A stretch of DNA of 63,286 nt, filler included, from Octopus bimaculoides (Eukaryota): the NCBI RefSeq assembly GCF_001194135.2. It is 5 parts of 5 records of this genome, joined end to end, with 100 filler letters (N's around TTAATTAATTAA, not from the genome) between each part and the next. Parts side by side here need not be neighbours in the genome. Positions count along the whole stretch, not along the records: positions 54,148 to 63,286 come from NC_068997.1; 4 more parts are not named here. One strand, written 5' to 3'. A program made the translations under genes and the position numbers. The notes under the pieces are model-generated. The model was not told where the DNA came from. It ran no database searches and saw only the letters and a list, made by a program, of their open reading frames with translations. This document shows positions 61,145 to 63,286 of the stretch, in pieces (positions within the stretch are counted from its first letter, which is position 1; each line of letters begins with the position of its first letter).

Positions 61145-62815
61145 CTAGCATAGATACCTGGTGTTGCCCATGTTACATGCAATTAAAGAATTAGACTTTT
61201 CTGTTATATTTTCTCTAATGAACTGGAATATCTATGATTCGAATTTCATCGAAATTGCAGATGAAGTTTCTTTCCCTCTTTACACACCCTGAAAAAAATT
61301 CTAATCATGACACATGTATCCCATACTACTGATCTTTATGCGCAGATTCCAAAATTGCAATGTTATGGAACCTATTAAAAGGATTTTGCTCCTGAAAAAT
61401 GGAGGTCATGGAGCTCTAAAATGTGGGAGTTAAGGCCCCTATTGGGGGTGGGTGTCTTAATGTCAACCAGAGAAGTTGAATTGTTGAGAATCTTTTTAAC
61501 TTGGGTCTGATATCTATTTGGATTTCTTTGAAATTGGAAATATATGTATGTTCACTGAGTTTGTAAAAGAGAGCAAAGCTACAAGAAACCAAATGACAAA
61601 TGATCACAATAAGCAGTCAGCTACTCTACCCTAGTTGTTACCACTCCCATTGTAGGATTCCTCACCATACAGGTGACAGGCACAGCCGTAAAATGCATTA
61701 TGGATCTATAGCAATTGGAAGGGCGTGACCCAACTAAAATAAACATTAACAACTGTGTGACGTGAGGGCTAAGGAGAAATGAAAGTATCACCTCTGGATT
61801 TTGCAAATGACCACTATACCAATAGGTAACTGGACAGAATAAATTTACAATCTATAAATGTCATTGAATAACCTGTCACTCATCTAGGATGGCCTTGAAA
61901 TCAATGTTACCATCTAGGGACTATGTGTGACCCAGTGATAATAAAAAGACTCAAAAGGGGTCTGCAACCAAATAACTTTACTCAACACTTTGCAACTGAA
62001 TTAGTGGAGGCAAAGATGCCTCTCATTTACTTGACAATTTATGCACCACCTTGCAGAAATCACAATCTAAGTATATCTCAAAGCAAACTCTTACACTGTT
62101 GTACCATTGAATTACAAATAATGCTCATCTTTTATGCTCGGGTGACCCTACAGCTTCCAGGAGTACAAATGTATTCGTCTTTGCTTAGATAAAATGACTA
62201 AATTGTAGGTGTTAAGTCTCCATGAAGAGGTCTTTCTAACTTCTAAAAAGATGAAATTTTAGAAATATTATTTCATTTGTGTCTAATATCTATGGTTAAA
62301 ATTTCATCAACAGCAAAAATATATGAATTTTCATGCATAGAATATAATTTCCAAATTTCATAAAGATCCATTCAGTACTTTTGACTTAGTTTTGGATCAT
62401 AAAAAAATTACTAAAATTTGGGAGTTAAGGCCCCCATTAGGAGGTCTTAGAATCCTCATGAGAAGTGGAAAGTTTGAGAATACTTCTTGATGTGTGTCAA
62501 TTACCTATGGTTGAAATTTCATCTACATCAAAAATTTATGAATTTTCATGGGGGTTCTGCCCCCTTTAAGCCATCTCAAATTCAAACCAAACATATTGCA
62601 TTATACCCGCCCTTATGCATTGAACCTAAGTTCCAAATATCATAAGGATCCATTCAGTAATTTTGGTCCATGAAATTGTATGAAACACACAGCATTACCC
62701 TTCTCCCTAGGCTTGGACTTTATGTTCCAAATTTCATTAGGATTGGTGCAGTAGTTTTCGAATGTATAAGTAACACATAAACACACATAAAGACATTGAC
62801 TTTTAGAATATGCAC
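61145..62815 (-). mobile_element. Non-autonomous Helitron (Lep1-like organisation) with internal tandem subrepeats
   Basis: Plus-strand ACTAGCATAGATACCTGGTGTTGCCCA corresponds to a degenerate hairpin and CTAG|T 3' end. Repeated blocks (GGGAGTTAAGGCCCC, CCAAAT.TCATAA.GATCCATTCAGTA) occur at about 61425, 62200-62400 and 62410-62660. The far end is CCAAATTTCATTAGGATTGGTGCAGTAGTTTT...ACATAAACACAC. Confidence 0.7.
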
Positions 62816-62819
62816 ATAT

Positions 62820-63286
62820 ACATCATCATCATCATTGTCTAATGTCCGCTTTCCACAAGTGCTAGAAGGCAATGCTGGTAATGATTACGCTCTAATGGTG
62901 CTATTTACGGGCCACTAGCACAGAAGCCAGACAGCTGCTCTGGCAATGAACACGCTCGGACAGTGCTGTTAGTGCTCCACTGGCAAAGGTGCCAGTCATC
63001 AAGTATGGTTCAATTATGATTTCAATTTCACTTGCCCCAACAGTTCTTTGCAAGCAGAGTTTAGTGTCCAATGAAGAAGAGGTTGGCATGGGTGCCAGTC
63101 GTCGGATTTGGTTCAATTTCGATTTCAGATTTCAAATTTCAAATTCTAAATTCACTTGCCTCAACAAGTCTTCGCAAGCAGGGTTTTTAGTGTCCAATGA
63201 AGTAAAGATACGAACTAGTGAGCTGGCTACACTTCTGGCAGAGGTCACAGATTATGCTCTCACTTGCCTTGCTGGGTCTTCTCACA
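62820..63286 (-). mobile_element. 3' end of an RTE-clade LINE (final codons, 3'UTR with tandem ~100-bp units, (ATG)n tail)
   Basis: Minus strand begins GAG AAG ACC CAG CAA GGC AAG TGA. It contains two CTTCATTGGACACTAAA...GCTTGC.AAGA...GGCAAGTGAA units and ends GGAAAGCGGACATTAGACAATGATGATGATG. Confidence 0.7.

Overview
AT-rich eukaryotic draft-genome window with many microsatellites and N-gaps. The SINE/LINE families, simple-repeat load and composition look like a coleoid cephalopod, most likely Octopus; this is inference from recalled repeat families, not a database search. Only one host-gene segment is confidently recognisable: a 200-bp plus-strand exon at 60828-61027 encoding the first WD40 segment of CFAP52/WDR16. 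I could not find its exon 1 or exon 3. The rest is mostly transposon-derived. This includes about 30 tRNA-derived SINE copies or fragments of at least four families (my labels A, B, C, F), a full-length IR/DR Tc1, a full-length mariner, deleted mariner and maT remnants, an internally deleted RepHel Helitron, a non-autonomous Helitron and three HINE/DINE-like elements. There are also RTE, RLE-type (R4/Dong-like), CCHC-ORF1 and Penelope-like retroelement fragments. The most interesting oddities are: a ~670-bp foldback with a hammerhead-ribozyme-like motif in each arm; a second minimal hammerhead-like motif at 40.9 kb; a (TTAGGG)8 array grown from a seed inside a SINE A-box; a recurrent SINE-SINE junction at one fixed position; a sharp CpG-decay boundary near an unsized gap upstream of CFAP52; and several unassigned candidate exons. 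I found no clear novel multi-gene system. Most ORFs in the supplied track are artefacts of N-runs and simple repeats. No CRISPR array, rRNA or bona fide tRNA gene was found.
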